DNA from: an uncultured Gammaproteobacteria bacterium
GTDB taxonomy: Bacteria > Patescibacteriota > Microgenomatia > Levybacterales > GWA1-39-11
NCBI GenBank assembly: GCA_964394645.1
Contig: CAYMYC010000001.1
Coordinates: 274,052-338,051, forward strand
Reading direction: 5' to 3'
DNA length: 64,000 bases
Shown here: in pieces, positions 37,314 through 46,942 of the stretch
Layout of the letters: each line of letters begins with the position of its first letter
Position numbering within the stretch: the stretch's first letter is position 1
Program-made: the position numbers and the translations under genes
Notes under the pieces: generated by a model
Databases searched by the model: none
Seen by the model: the letters and a program-made list of their open reading frames with translations, nothing else
What the model was told of the DNA's origin: nothing

Positions 37314-40148
37314 TTAGTTATCCGGCAAACCGCTTTTATACTTGGTTTTTGTTTCCTTATTTACTTGTTTTCTTACTGCTTTATTTTTTATCGGAGCAGT
37401 ATAAACTCTGGCATAATTTTTTCTTGATGAATCAATAATTCTTTGTATTTTTTCAGGATCTTTCTTTATTATTATCGGTAATGTTTCACCGGAAAAAGGT
37501 TCTTCGGGATTTCCCGCCGACAATTTCATATAAAACTTGTATTTTGGAAGATTGGTAAAGTTATGTCTAGTTACTAGTGGCGCAAATTGAGATTCCATCA
37601 TCTGTTCATCTTGGGGTGATGCAGTTGCAAAACAAATAACGGTTCCGGTATTTGCTAAAATAACGTTTACAACTTGACGGTCTTGCTGTTGAGAGCTTGA
37701 TTGTTCGGCAAGTGTCATGCGTAATCCAAATTTACGGCCTCCGGATAATATTCTAGTAAAAGAAGTTGTTGCAAAATTTTGAAACTCATCAACAAAAAGA
37801 TAAAAAGGTGTTCTTTCCGCCGACTCCATTCTTGCACGTCTTAATGCTGCTTGATGAATTTTTGCAATAACTGTCAAGCCTAAGACCTGAGCCGTATCTT
37901 CTCCTATTTTTCCTTCCGAGAGGTTACAGATAAGTATTTTCTTTTGACTTAATATTTCATCAAAATCTATTGTGGACTTTTCCTGTTCAATAATTCGCTT
38001 TGCAGTTGGCGAAAAAAGGAAACGGCCAACTTTTGCCGTTACTCCTGAAACCATTTTTACAACCTGGAATGATCCGGCTTTCCCAAACTCGTTCTTCCAG
38101 AAGCTTTTTAAATTTTCATCATCAAGAGTACTGACAACTTTATTTCTGAATTGTGCATCGTTTATTAGGTTGTAAAGTGTAAAAAGAGTTCTATTGGGAA
38201 CTGCAAACGACGTGTAAATAGTGTTTCTTAAAATATATTCAATCCTATGAGCATTTACATTTTCTTCCTTTGAAAATATTCTCCTAAATACTGAGATTAC
38301 ACTTTCGCAAACCAATTCTTTTTCAAGCTCAAGATCCTCGTCTTCTAATCCCTCACGAAGCTCAAGCAGATTTATACCAATCGGATACTTAAGATCAAAC
38401 GAATTAAAGTATATAACGTCATTAATTCTTTCTTTGGGAACTGTTAAAAGTAAGCTTTCAGCCAAATCCCCGTGCGGGTCAATTACGGCAACCCCACGTC
38501 CTTTTTGAATATCTTCCTTTGCCATATGATAAATAATTGTTGACTTACCGCTTCCTGTTCGACCAAGTAGGTAAACGTGTCTAGCCCGTTCTTCATCGGT
38601 CAGTCCAATTTTGGTAACAGAATTACCATACGTGTTTTTTGCAAATATAACGTCTAGTTTTCTACCATTTTTTAAAGATAATGGTGCTGCAAGTTCAGGA
38701 CTTAGGGTTTTTACCATATCCTCAGTTTTTGTAGTGTTGGTGTATGGGAAATGGTAAATATCTGACATTTCAGAAGTTGATAATATTGGATTTTGGTTGA
38801 GAGATGTGCTTGATGCAAGAACTCTATTTTTAAAGTTAGAGAGGCGTTTATTTGTAGGATTTATAATAAATGACTTCTTGGAAACAAGACTTTGATAAGG
38901 ACTGTTAGTTAATCCAAAAGAGGAGATAATGCCTTCCATCCGCATATCTATATCTTTTTCCTCATGACCTGCAATAAGTATTCTTATCGTGCTTTCAAAT
39001 AGATGTTGGTCAATCTTGTCTTTAACTATAGTTTTTAGTTCCTGCTCGTAAGGATTAAGTATCTCTTGAGGAATATTAGTCATTTTTGCCATCATTAAAA
39101 ATGGGACAGTCTTTCCGCTTGAGTCAACGAACGCCATAACCATACTCCACAGAAACATAAGTGAAAAAGAGAATATCTTAATTAGGGCTTTTAACCCTAA
39201 AACAAAAATTGATATACCCGGTATTTCTCCAAGTTGGTCAAGAGGACTCTTGGAAAACGAGGACGTTAACGGTACGCCTTTGTACATTTTGTGTCTTAAC
39301 TTATTCATTTCTGCTATTTGTTTTATGTGGACACCTTTTAGTACAGGTGTTGTAATGACCTGAAATGAAACGAGCGCGTCTTTAGTAAGATTTGTCATAT
39401 GCCCCGTGAGATACGCAATTGGGTCATGCTCCTCAAGTGTTTTTTGTTTATTTAAAGGAAGAGCAAAATGGCTTGAAAGCTTAAACTCCGCAATACTAAT
39501 TCGTTTTTCTTCTAATTTTAGTTTTTCATCAAGATAGTCATTAACTTCTTTTATCTTTATTCCCGGTAGATATGACAAAAGACTTCTTTTCAAGACATCC
39601 GCATCCTTTAAAGGTGCAACGAGAAGAAATCTTATTCCTTCATTTTTTGTTGAAACAATTTCGAGTGAATATTGTTTCTTCTGACCTGTTAAATTTTCAA
39701 AGAAACTTTTTCTACGGGCAAGAGTATGAATGAGGGTATATAGCTCTTGTGTCGCATAAGAAGATTTACTCGTGTCTGAAGGAAAAGTTAATTCAAGGAA
39801 CTTCTTTTCCTCAGTTTCTTTTGCAAATCTTTTAAGAATCATTGGCGCTACCAATTTTGATATTTTAATTAATCCTCTGATTAGAAAATACAAAATTACA
39901 ATAGAAAGAATAGGACTTGTGAGGATAATAAACGTAAGAAGCATAGGTGGGATATGGGGCAAGGGAAGATGCGAGAAGTAGTTGTATATTGCAAGACGCC
40001 ATTCTATGGGCAGAGGCAGAACCATTAGCAATAACAGAGGTCCTTGAGTGGTTGATATCGCGTGATTTTGTATTTGATGCAACAGTTGTAGCTGTTGATA
40101 TTCAACAGCATTATGTGGAATAAATGTTGGTTGCGGACTCACGCCCAT
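37314..40148 (-). CDS. TraG/VirD4/TraD-like type IV coupling protein (conjugal DNA-transfer ATPase)
   Basis: N-terminal TM helices, Walker A LLGRTGSGKST, VAVIDPHGDL and Walker B-like FYLFVDEFQNF ... LAEQS; 944 aa. Confidence 0.65.
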   Translation of the reverse strand: MGVSPQPTFIPHNAVEYQQLQLLHQIQNHAISTTQGPLLLLMVLPLPIEWRLAIYNYFSHLPLPHIPPMLLTFIILTSPILSIVILYFLIRGLIKISKLVAPMILKRFAKETEEKKFLELTFPSDTSKSSYATQELYTLIHTLARRKSFFENLTGQKKQYSLEIVSTKNEGIRFLLVAPLKDADVLKRSLLSYLPGIKIKEVNDYLDEKLKLEEKRISIAEFKLSSHFALPLNKQKTLEEHDPIAYLTGHMTNLTKDALVSFQVITTPVLKGVHIKQIAEMNKLRHKMYKGVPLTSSFSKSPLDQLGEIPGISIFVLGLKALIKIFSFSLMFLWSMVMAFVDSSGKTVPFLMMAKMTNIPQEILNPYEQELKTIVKDKIDQHLFESTIRILIAGHEEKDIDMRMEGIISSFGLTNSPYQSLVSKKSFIINPTNKRLSNFKNRVLASSTSLNQNPILSTSEMSDIYHFPYTNTTKTEDMVKTLSPELAAPLSLKNGRKLDVIFAKNTYGNSVTKIGLTDEERARHVYLLGRTGSGKSTIIYHMAKEDIQKGRGVAVIDPHGDLAESLLLTVPKERINDVIYFNSFDLKYPIGINLLELREGLEDEDLELEKELVCESVISVFRRIFSKEENVNAHRIEYILRNTIYTSFAVPNRTLFTLYNLINDAQFRNKVVSTLDDENLKSFWKNEFGKAGSFQVVKMVSGVTAKVGRFLFSPTAKRIIEQEKSTIDFDEILSQKKILICNLSEGKIGEDTAQVLGLTVIAKIHQAALRRARMESAERTPFYLFVDEFQNFATTSFTRILSGGRKFGLRMTLAEQSSSQQQDRQVVNVILANTGTVICFATASPQDEQMMESQFAPLVTRHNFTNLPKYKFYMKLSAGNPEEPFSGETLPIIIKKDPEKIQRIIDSSRKNYARVYTAPIKNKAVRKQVNKETKTKYKSGLPDN

Positions 40149-40311
40149 ATATTTTGGGCAGCAGTAAAGAAAGTGTATCAGAGTGTATCAAAACGTAATC
40201 GAGAATACAATATTTAATAATTTCTCTAGGCTCTGCGAGAAACCAAAGGCTGCCTCTTTTAAACAGAGCTTAGAAAAATTATTTTTACCTCAATTTAGCC
40301 TCAATTACCCC

Positions 40312-40340
40312 TTGACAACTATACATATTTGTATATATAC
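40312..40340 (+). promoter_or_regulatory. sigma70-like promoter candidate (TTGACA-N16-TATATA)
   Basis: -35 TTGACA at 40312-40317 and an AT-rich -10 about 16-17 nt downstream; precedes the ATG at 40384. Confidence 0.3.
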
Positions 40341-40383
40341 TCTATACAGATATGTATATATAAAAGAGTTGGTATTTGTAACT

Positions 40384-40674
40384 ATGGAAGGCTTAGAAAG
40401 ACAACAAATGGTAGGTGAATCAGATAATAGACAAGGGATTTACGAAGAATTAAATCAATACTTCAATGACCAAAACAAAGAACAAAAAGCAATTTTAGAA
40501 GCACGTGAAATTTTAGGTGACTGTACAGAAAGTCTGACGGATGAAGAAATATATAACCTAGCAAGTGAGGCACAATATCTGGTTGATTGCTGGTTTGAAG
40601 AATTTGAAAAAAGTATATTTTTTGGGAAAACCTTAAATGATTTATTGGGACTTAACAGAAATGAATACAAATAA
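40384..40674 (+). CDS. small acidic hypothetical protein upstream of serine recombinase #3
   Basis: ATG at 40384 follows the promoter-like element. The ORF track's longer form (40183) begins upstream of that promoter, so the shorter start is preferred. Confidence 0.35.
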   Translation: MEGLERQQMVGESDNRQGIYEELNQYFNDQNKEQKAILEAREILGDCTESLTDEEIYNLASEAQYLVDCWFEEFEKSIFFGKTLNDLLGLNRNEYK

Positions 40675-42253
40675 TACATTTTCCGGAACGAAAAAGGCAT
40701 TGATATATATCCGTGTTTCATCAGAGGAACAGGTTGAGAATTTTTCTCTACAAACTCAGGAGGAAATATGCAGAAGAGATGCGAAATATAAGGGATATGA
40801 AATATTACAAGTTTTTCGAGAAGAGGGAAAATCTGCAAAAACAATTAAAGGAAGGCCAACTCTTCTTGAAATGCTTGATTTCTGTCGCAAGAATAGAAAA
40901 GAAGTTAGTGCGATATTTGTCTACAGGTTGGATCGCTTATCAAGACAAACCTCTGATTACTTAACAATCCGTGCAAAACTTTTAACTTATGATATTTCAA
41001 TTATTTCTGCAACTGAACCTACTGGAAATTCACCTACGGAGAAACTATTAGAAACTGTTCTTGCAAGCTTTGCGCAGCATGATAACGATGTTCGATCCGA
41101 GAGAACCAAAAATGGTATGAGAGCAAGATTTCTAGCAGGACTCATAACTAATAAGTTGCCACCCGGATACATCAATGAAGGAGGTTTTGCTGTTAAGGAT
41201 CCAGAAACGTTCGAAATTATAAAAAGAGCATGGGATTTAATGGCAACCGGAACGAAAAGCTTAAGAGAGATAAGGGAAATAATAGCAAACTGGGGATTAG
41301 AGCTAAAACCCTTAGCTGTTCATAGAATATTTCATAATAAATTCTATTGTGGATTGCTGGTCTCCCCGAAATATCCGGAAATAGTTCAAGGACAACACTC
41401 TCCTATGATTACAGAGGAACAATTTTATAAAGTTCAGGCAATTTTGTCAGGTCGGGATACAAATAGGCTTGTAATGCCGAGAAAAAGCAGGGACAACGAA
41501 GAGTTTCCTCTCAGACGAATAATGAGGTGTGGAAATTGTGGAACATCATTTACCGGAGCTAAAAGTAAAGGGCGAAGCACCCGATATTCATATTATTTCT
41601 GTAAAAAAAGATGCGTTACAAAATCAATCCCTGTTAAAGATTTAGACGAGGAGTTTTTTAAATTATTAAAGAAATTTACCCCAACAGAGCAAGGAATCAA
41701 ACTTTATACGGCATGTATGCTTAGAACTTACAATAAAAATTTATTACTTGTTCAGAAAAAGAAGAATATAGCGGATGAAGAAATTAAAAAACTTTATGGT
41801 TTGAGACAAACGCTTATTGAAAAGAATATGGCGGGAACATATTCTGATGAAATATTTAAAGAACAAAATGCCTTAATTGAAGACAAGCTTATTTCAGCAA
41901 TAGCTTCAAAAGATGATATCTTACTTGAGAAATATGACATTAATGCCATTACGGACTTTATTAGAGATAAATTTACGAATCTTAAAGAAACCTATGTTAA
42001 TTCGAGCCTGAATGTAAAAAGAGTGCTTCTTGGTTCGATATCACCCTCCGGGTTCTCTTGGGACTATCCGGGATGTTCGAACCGTGGGATTAGCCCGCTA
42101 TATCAACCTATTTTAGATGTTGAGAATGCGGGTGTTCCGTTTGGTGACCCCACGGGAAGTCGAATCCCGGTTACCAGAATGAGAATCTGGTGTCCTAACC
42201 ACTGGACGATGGGGCCTCTAAAGGTTGAACACATTAATCTTTCAACAACATGA
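40637..42253 (+). CDS. large serine recombinase; the annotated C-terminus reads through the adjacent tRNA gene
   Basis: N-terminal ALIYIRVSSEEQ, catalytic Ser in DRLSRQ, recombinase domain, and a zinc ribbon (CGNCG ... YYFCKKRC). The last ~35 codons overlap tRNA-Glu on the opposite strand. Confidence 0.75.
   Translation: MIYWDLTEMNTNNTFSGTKKALIYIRVSSEEQVENFSLQTQEEICRRDAKYKGYEILQVFREEGKSAKTIKGRPTLLEMLDFCRKNRKEVSAIFVYRLDRLSRQTSDYLTIRAKLLTYDISIISATEPTGNSPTEKLLETVLASFAQHDNDVRSERTKNGMRARFLAGLITNKLPPGYINEGGFAVKDPETFEIIKRAWDLMATGTKSLREIREIIANWGLELKPLAVHRIFHNKFYCGLLVSPKYPEIVQGQHSPMITEEQFYKVQAILSGRDTNRLVMPRKSRDNEEFPLRRIMRCGNCGTSFTGAKSKGRSTRYSYYFCKKRCVTKSIPVKDLDEEFFKLLKKFTPTEQGIKLYTACMLRTYNKNLLLVQKKKNIADEEIKKLYGLRQTLIEKNMAGTYSDEIFKEQNALIEDKLISAIASKDDILLEKYDINAITDFIRDKFTNLKETYVNSSLNVKRVLLGSISPSGFSWDYPGCSNRGISPLYQPILDVENAGVPFGDPTGSRIPVTRMRIWCPNHWTMGPLKVEHINLSTT
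42142..42216 (-). tRNA. tRNA-Glu (anticodon CUC) with encoded CCA
   Basis: Manual fold of the minus strand: acceptor GGCCCCA/UGGGGUC, D-arm GUCC-AGUGGUUA-GGAC, anticodon arm CCAGA-UUCUCAU-UCUGG (CUC), T-arm CGGGA-UUCGACU-UCCCG, discriminator A plus CCA. Overall similar to bacterial tRNA-Glu. Confidence 0.75.
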
Positions 42254-42347
42254 ATAATTATAACAAAACCGAGGCTAAAGTCAAAAGTCCTGCACTTGTA
42301 TGCCCTCAATTAATGGCTGATGTCGCCGTGGGTGTATTTTACTGTAT

Positions 42348-43259
42348 TTAGGTATTTGAACTCAAGCGTTGATGCTTTATTGCTTGCGTAGAGATGTATT
42401 TCTCCTTACATTCTTTTTTACAAAACGCAACATTTAACTCTCTATCCAAACAATTATTGCAGCATATGTAATGCAGATGGCACATATCATATTCACAATT
42501 TACATAAGAATCACAAGGAGTCTTGCAGTGCATACAAGATCCAACTACTTCAGTATTCATTCCAATGGTAATACGATTGTCAAAAACATATAACTTTCCC
42601 TTGAAGTGTTGTCCTGGATATTTTTCCATATAAGTATGTATCCCGTCTTTTAGTTGATATACGTCCTTGAATCCATTTTCAACTAAAAATCCTGATGCCT
42701 TCTCGCATCTCACCCCTCCTGTGCAGACAGTTACAAGTGTCTTGTCCTTTAAGTGGGAAAGTGTAGGTAAAACGTTTTTCAAATCAAAAAAATTCTTTAT
42801 ACCAGACGGAACAAATCCTTCAAAATAACCAGACGCATATTCGTAATCGTTTCTCATATCTATAATGTAAAATTCTTTTTTATCCGCAAACCATGTGTGC
42901 AGTTCTTCAGATGTTATATATTTACCTGTAGTAGTATTTGGATTGAGCTTTCTCATTCCGGCAGTCACTATTTCAGGGCGTATTTTTATCTTAAGTTTTG
43001 GAAATGCACGCCCCGTTCCTGGACTTTTCTTATAGGTGATTTTTTTAAAAAGCGCTGATTTATTCATTTCCTCTATATACTTTTCTGTATTGGCAGAAGT
43101 TCCCTCAAGCGTTCCATTAATTCCTTCAGTGGCTATTATAATTCTTCCTAAAAGTCCTAGTTTTTCACAGAGTTTCCTTTGTTGAGTTTTTACCTCATCT
43201 GGGTTGTTTAGTCTAATATATTTATAGAAAAGTAAAACACAGTGTTTTGTGTCTTTCAT
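42348..43259 (-). CDS. trhO: rhodanese-domain tRNA uridine(34) hydroxylase TrhO (UPF0176/YceA family)
   Basis: The N-terminus LLFYKYIRLNNPDEVKTQQRKLCEKLGLLGRIIIATEGINGT is the UPF0176 signature. There is a rhodanese active-site Cys region (VCTGGVRCEK) and a C-terminal Cys-rich tail. Start placed at the internal Met (the ORF track extends to 43370). Confidence 0.7.
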   Translation of the reverse strand: MKDTKHCVLLFYKYIRLNNPDEVKTQQRKLCEKLGLLGRIIIATEGINGTLEGTSANTEKYIEEMNKSALFKKITYKKSPGTGRAFPKLKIKIRPEIVTAGMRKLNPNTTTGKYITSEELHTWFADKKEFYIIDMRNDYEYASGYFEGFVPSGIKNFFDLKNVLPTLSHLKDKTLVTVCTGGVRCEKASGFLVENGFKDVYQLKDGIHTYMEKYPGQHFKGKLYVFDNRITIGMNTEVVGSCMHCKTPCDSYVNCEYDMCHLHYICCNNCLDRELNVAFCKKECKEKYISTQAIKHQRLSSNT

Positions 43260-43347
43260 AGTGAGAGTATACCAAAAATTATTGTTTTTCTCGAATTGAT
43301 AGGTATTAGGTGCTTGTGCGCTGTAGCAGAAATGATATGATAGCTTA

Positions 43348-44961
43348 ATGAGGGTGCTTTTAAAAAGCAAAATATTTTGGACTCTGACAGCTTTAGTTTT
43401 TCTGGGTCTTTGTCTTAGGCTTTATTCCTTCTCTTCTATTACTTTTGGTTATGATCAGGCACGGGATGCGTTTATAGCACAAGATATATTCTTAAAAGGC
43501 GACTTAAAAATACTGGGTCCTAGCTCTGATATTCACGGACTACACCATGGGGTTTTATATTGGTATCTGATCTCTCCGTTCTATGCATTTTCGTATGGAG
43601 GAGTTTTTGCAGTTAAAATTTTTGTGATCCTGGTAGGTTTACTTTCGATTCCCCTGACTTATATACTTGCGAAAAAGATGTTCAACGATTCATGGGTAGC
43701 CATGATCTCAGCTTTTTTTATTGCAGTCTCTTATGAGGCAATTTCCTATAGTCATTGGTTGTCAAATCCCTCATTTGCATTCGTAACAATTCTGCTTTCA
43801 TTCCTCTTTTTATGGATGTATGTAAAGGAAAATTTTAAATATGGACTATTTGCAACTGCATTTTTTTGGGGATTATCAGTTCAATTTGAAATATTTCTTT
43901 TATATCAAGCTGTTGTTTTTCTTATAATTCTTATTTTATTTCGGAAAATAAACGTAAAGGACATATTTATTAGTTTTTTTATTTTTGCTCTTACGATATC
44001 GCCTTTGATTTTAGGTGAAATTAAGTTTGGATACCCAGGAATATTAGGAATACTGTCATTTTTTACAGGGTATGCCGGGGAACGTGGACAAACAATTTCG
44101 GAGATGGGAAGCAGGGCAAGCGATAAGCTTTTTAGAATCCCGTATTACAATTTCTTATCCAGTACTGGTGCATCTTTTATATTTGCTTTTCTATTGCTTG
44201 CAGTAGGGATAATTTACTCAGTTCTTTTAAAAGACAAAAGGGTTTTCTTTTTGACTCTTTGGTTTGTTTCTCCTGTTGTCTTGTTTTTTACAGGATCTAC
44301 TAATATTTACTTTGTGTTTATTGGGTGTGTGATTCCACTTGCTATATTAACAGCATTTTATTTGCGTGAATTATTTATTCAAAAAAAAGCATATTTACCC
44401 TGTATTTTATTACTGCTTTTAGTTTTTGGTAGCAATATCTATCTCCTCTATGAAAATAAGGGAAAAGGTGAAACGTTATTTTCTGTACAAAAGGATATGG
44501 TATATGATACGCAAACTAAAATGCTTGACTTTATATATGAAGAAGCTGGCGGAAAGCCTTTTCGGATTAATACCATTACAAATCCACTTTTTATAAATAC
44601 TACTTGGAGTTTTCTTTTTGACTCTTATGGAAGAAAAACCTATGGGTACATGCCGTTCTATTGGGGGTATCCCCAAAATGGTCAGTTTGGAGAGGGAGTG
44701 GAGTACAGTAAGGATTTCAAAGGATCCAAAAATTTGATATTTTTAATCCATGAACCAAGTGGCGGAATTCCAGATTTTTATAGAAACGGAATTATAAAAT
44801 TTGAAGATACCAGATCAAAAGTTATTAAATCAAAAATGTTTGGTGAGTTTAGGGTAGAAAAGCGAATTATCACAGTGGATAAACCATTTTTAAAAGAAGA
44901 GATAGATGAGAGCATTAAAAATAACGATTTACGCGATGTTAGATTAAAAGGATTAGAATAG
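43348..44961 (+). CDS. GT-C-type polytopic membrane glycosyltransferase-like protein
   Basis: More than 10 TM helices, an N-terminal DQARDAF-type loop and a large C-terminal soluble domain. Confidence 0.45.
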   Translation: MRVLLKSKIFWTLTALVFLGLCLRLYSFSSITFGYDQARDAFIAQDIFLKGDLKILGPSSDIHGLHHGVLYWYLISPFYAFSYGGVFAVKIFVILVGLLSIPLTYILAKKMFNDSWVAMISAFFIAVSYEAISYSHWLSNPSFAFVTILLSFLFLWMYVKENFKYGLFATAFFWGLSVQFEIFLLYQAVVFLIILILFRKINVKDIFISFFIFALTISPLILGEIKFGYPGILGILSFFTGYAGERGQTISEMGSRASDKLFRIPYYNFLSSTGASFIFAFLLLAVGIIYSVLLKDKRVFFLTLWFVSPVVLFFTGSTNIYFVFIGCVIPLAILTAFYLRELFIQKKAYLPCILLLLLVFGSNIYLLYENKGKGETLFSVQKDMVYDTQTKMLDFIYEEAGGKPFRINTITNPLFINTTWSFLFDSYGRKTYGYMPFYWGYPQNGQFGEGVEYSKDFKGSKNLIFLIHEPSGGIPDFYRNGIIKFEDTRSKVIKSKMFGEFRVEKRIITVDKPFLKEEIDESIKNNDLRDVRLKGLE

Positions 44962-45038
44962 GGAGGATTTCAAATGAGATTCATTTATCCTGATAATATT
45001 CGCTCGAATCTTTATTTTCTTCCTGATATAATATTTGC

Positions 45039-45785
45039 ATGAAGATATCTGTTGTAATTCCCTCATATAATGAAATGGCTAACCTGCAAAAGGGAACTCT
45101 TGAGAAAGTGGAACGTTACATGGAGCGGCGTAAGTATCATTATGAGGTACTGGTGGTGGATGATGGCTCCACTGATGGGAGTTTAGAGTTTGTAAAGGAA
45201 TTTACAATTGAAAATCGTCATTTCAAGTTACTGGAAAACCCGCATACTGGAAAAGCAGGCGCAGTTACTGCGGGAATGTTAAGAGCATCTGGAGACTTGA
45301 TACTTTTTACGGATATGGACCAAGCAACTCCAATAACTGAACTTGAGAAACTTATTCCATATACTGAAAAGGGGTATGATATAGTAATAGGCTCCAGAAG
45401 TACAACTAGAAGGGGCGCGCCATTCACGAGAAAAATAATGAGTCAGGGAATGATTGCCCTCCGGTCGATTCTTGTAGGCTTGCCGCAGATTCATGATACT
45501 CAGTGCGGATTTAAACTTTTTAAAAAAAAGCCAAGCGACAAAGTTTTTGAAAAAATAAAAAAAATTCATAAGGGATTTAAGGCAATTCATGGTTCATCTG
45601 TTACGGCAGGATTTGATGTTGAGTTGTTATATATTGCTGAAAAATTTGGATATAAAATAAAAGAAGTACCGGTAGATTGGTTATATGTTGAAACAAGACG
45701 GGTAAATCCAATATTTGATTCTATAGATGGTCTTATGGATTTAATAAGAATCAGAAAAAACATCTTCAAGCGTGTGTATGATTAA
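45039..45785 (+). CDS. GT2 glycosyltransferase (polyprenol-phosphate sugar synthase, DPM1/GtrB-like)
   Basis: ISVVIPSYNE ... VVDDGSTDGS ... DxD-like FTDMDQ. Confidence 0.75.
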   Translation: MKISVVIPSYNEMANLQKGTLEKVERYMERRKYHYEVLVVDDGSTDGSLEFVKEFTIENRHFKLLENPHTGKAGAVTAGMLRASGDLILFTDMDQATPITELEKLIPYTEKGYDIVIGSRSTTRRGAPFTRKIMSQGMIALRSILVGLPQIHDTQCGFKLFKKKPSDKVFEKIKKIHKGFKAIHGSSVTAGFDVELLYIAEKFGYKIKEVPVDWLYVETRRVNPIFDSIDGLMDLIRIRKNIFKRVYD

Positions 45786-46941
45786 AAAAATTACATTTTT
45801 TTTCTGGGTTTTTGCATGTATATCATTATTTCTTTACTCATTTGTGCAAGTTGACTTGGGTCTAACTTTAAATCGCGCATCGATTGTCCAAACTATTCAA
45901 AAATCATTTCAATACGTTGGGTATTTTAACCGACCTTTATCTACATATTTATTTATATCAGTTGTATTGTTTTTATTTACAATCTATTGTTTTACGATGT
46001 ATGGAGTTTACAGAAAATGGTTATCAGGCAAAATTATTTGGACCATTATATTCTTCGCAAGCGTTGTACTTCTGTTTTCTTATAATGCTTTTTCATATGA
46101 TTTGTTTAACTATATATTTGACGCAAAAATAATAACGTATTATGGGCAGAGTCCATATGAGCATAAAGCACTTGATTATCCCTCTGACCCTATGTTAGGG
46201 TTCATGCATTGGACGCATAGAACATATCCATATGGTCCGTTATGGCTTGGAATAACAACTCCTTTATCATTTTTGGGAGGCGGATATTTTTTACCAACAT
46301 TTTATATATTTAAACTCCTTATGGTGGGTGCGTATCTTCTTTGTTCAGTGATGATTTATAAAATCGCAAAGAAAACGAAATTAGTAAACCCCGTTTTCGC
46401 TTTAACTTTTTTTGCATTAAACCCATTTGTTATGGTTGAATCGCTTGTTTCAGCGCACAATGATATTGTGATGATGGGGCTTGTGATGACGAGTGCATAC
46501 TTATTAATTAGTAAACATAAATTCAAGGGTTTTCTATTTTTTGCTCTTTCAGTTCTTGTTAAATTCGCAACAATTTTACTTATACCCTTATTTTTATGGT
46601 ATCCCATTTCAAAACAAAAAAACAAAGATTTTGTATTTTTTCTAGGTTCAGTTGTTCTTATGATGGTTGGTGTGTATCTTGCTTCTTCTAGAACTACATT
46701 TCAGCCATGGTATTTTCTACTCGTATTTCCTTTTGCATCACTTATTTCAAACAGATATTTTGTTTTTCTCCCTGTTGTGATATTTTCACTTCTAATATTG
46801 TTTCAATACGTTCCGTATTTTTATACAGGGAATTACGATCCTCCCGTGCCTGTTATTATGAATCAAATGCTTGGGTGGAGTATAGGATTATGTATTGGCT
46901 CAACTCTCATATTTAGATTTTTTAAGAGAATAAAAAAATAA
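45772..46941 (+). CDS. polytopic membrane protein, probable GT-C-like
   Basis: About 10 TM helices in an operon of GT-C genes. Confidence 0.4.
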   Translation: MCMIKKITFFFWVFACISLFLYSFVQVDLGLTLNRASIVQTIQKSFQYVGYFNRPLSTYLFISVVLFLFTIYCFTMYGVYRKWLSGKIIWTIIFFASVVLLFSYNAFSYDLFNYIFDAKIITYYGQSPYEHKALDYPSDPMLGFMHWTHRTYPYGPLWLGITTPLSFLGGGYFLPTFYIFKLLMVGAYLLCSVMIYKIAKKTKLVNPVFALTFFALNPFVMVESLVSAHNDIVMMGLVMTSAYLLISKHKFKGFLFFALSVLVKFATILLIPLFLWYPISKQKNKDFVFFLGSVVLMMVGVYLASSRTTFQPWYFLLVFPFASLISNRYFVFLPVVIFSLLILFQYVPYFYTGNYDPPVPVIMNQMLGWSIGLCIGSTLIFRFFKRIKK

Positions 46942-46942
46942 C

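Noticed and set aside
40183-40383. N-terminal extension of the ORF at 40183-40674
   Set aside because: The extended frame begins upstream of a well-formed TTGACA-N16-TATATA promoter and has no start-site support. The internal ATG at 40384 is preferred.
42103-42309. 68-aa minus-strand ORF overlapping the tRNA
   Set aside because: It overlaps a confidently folded tRNA gene and the recombinase 3' end, and is a spurious frame.
43260-43370. N-terminal 37-aa extension of the trhO ORF, overlapping the start of the downstream plus-strand gene
   Set aside because: The UPF0176 homology begins at the internal Met (MKDTKHC...), and the extension would overlap the neighbouring gene's start region.
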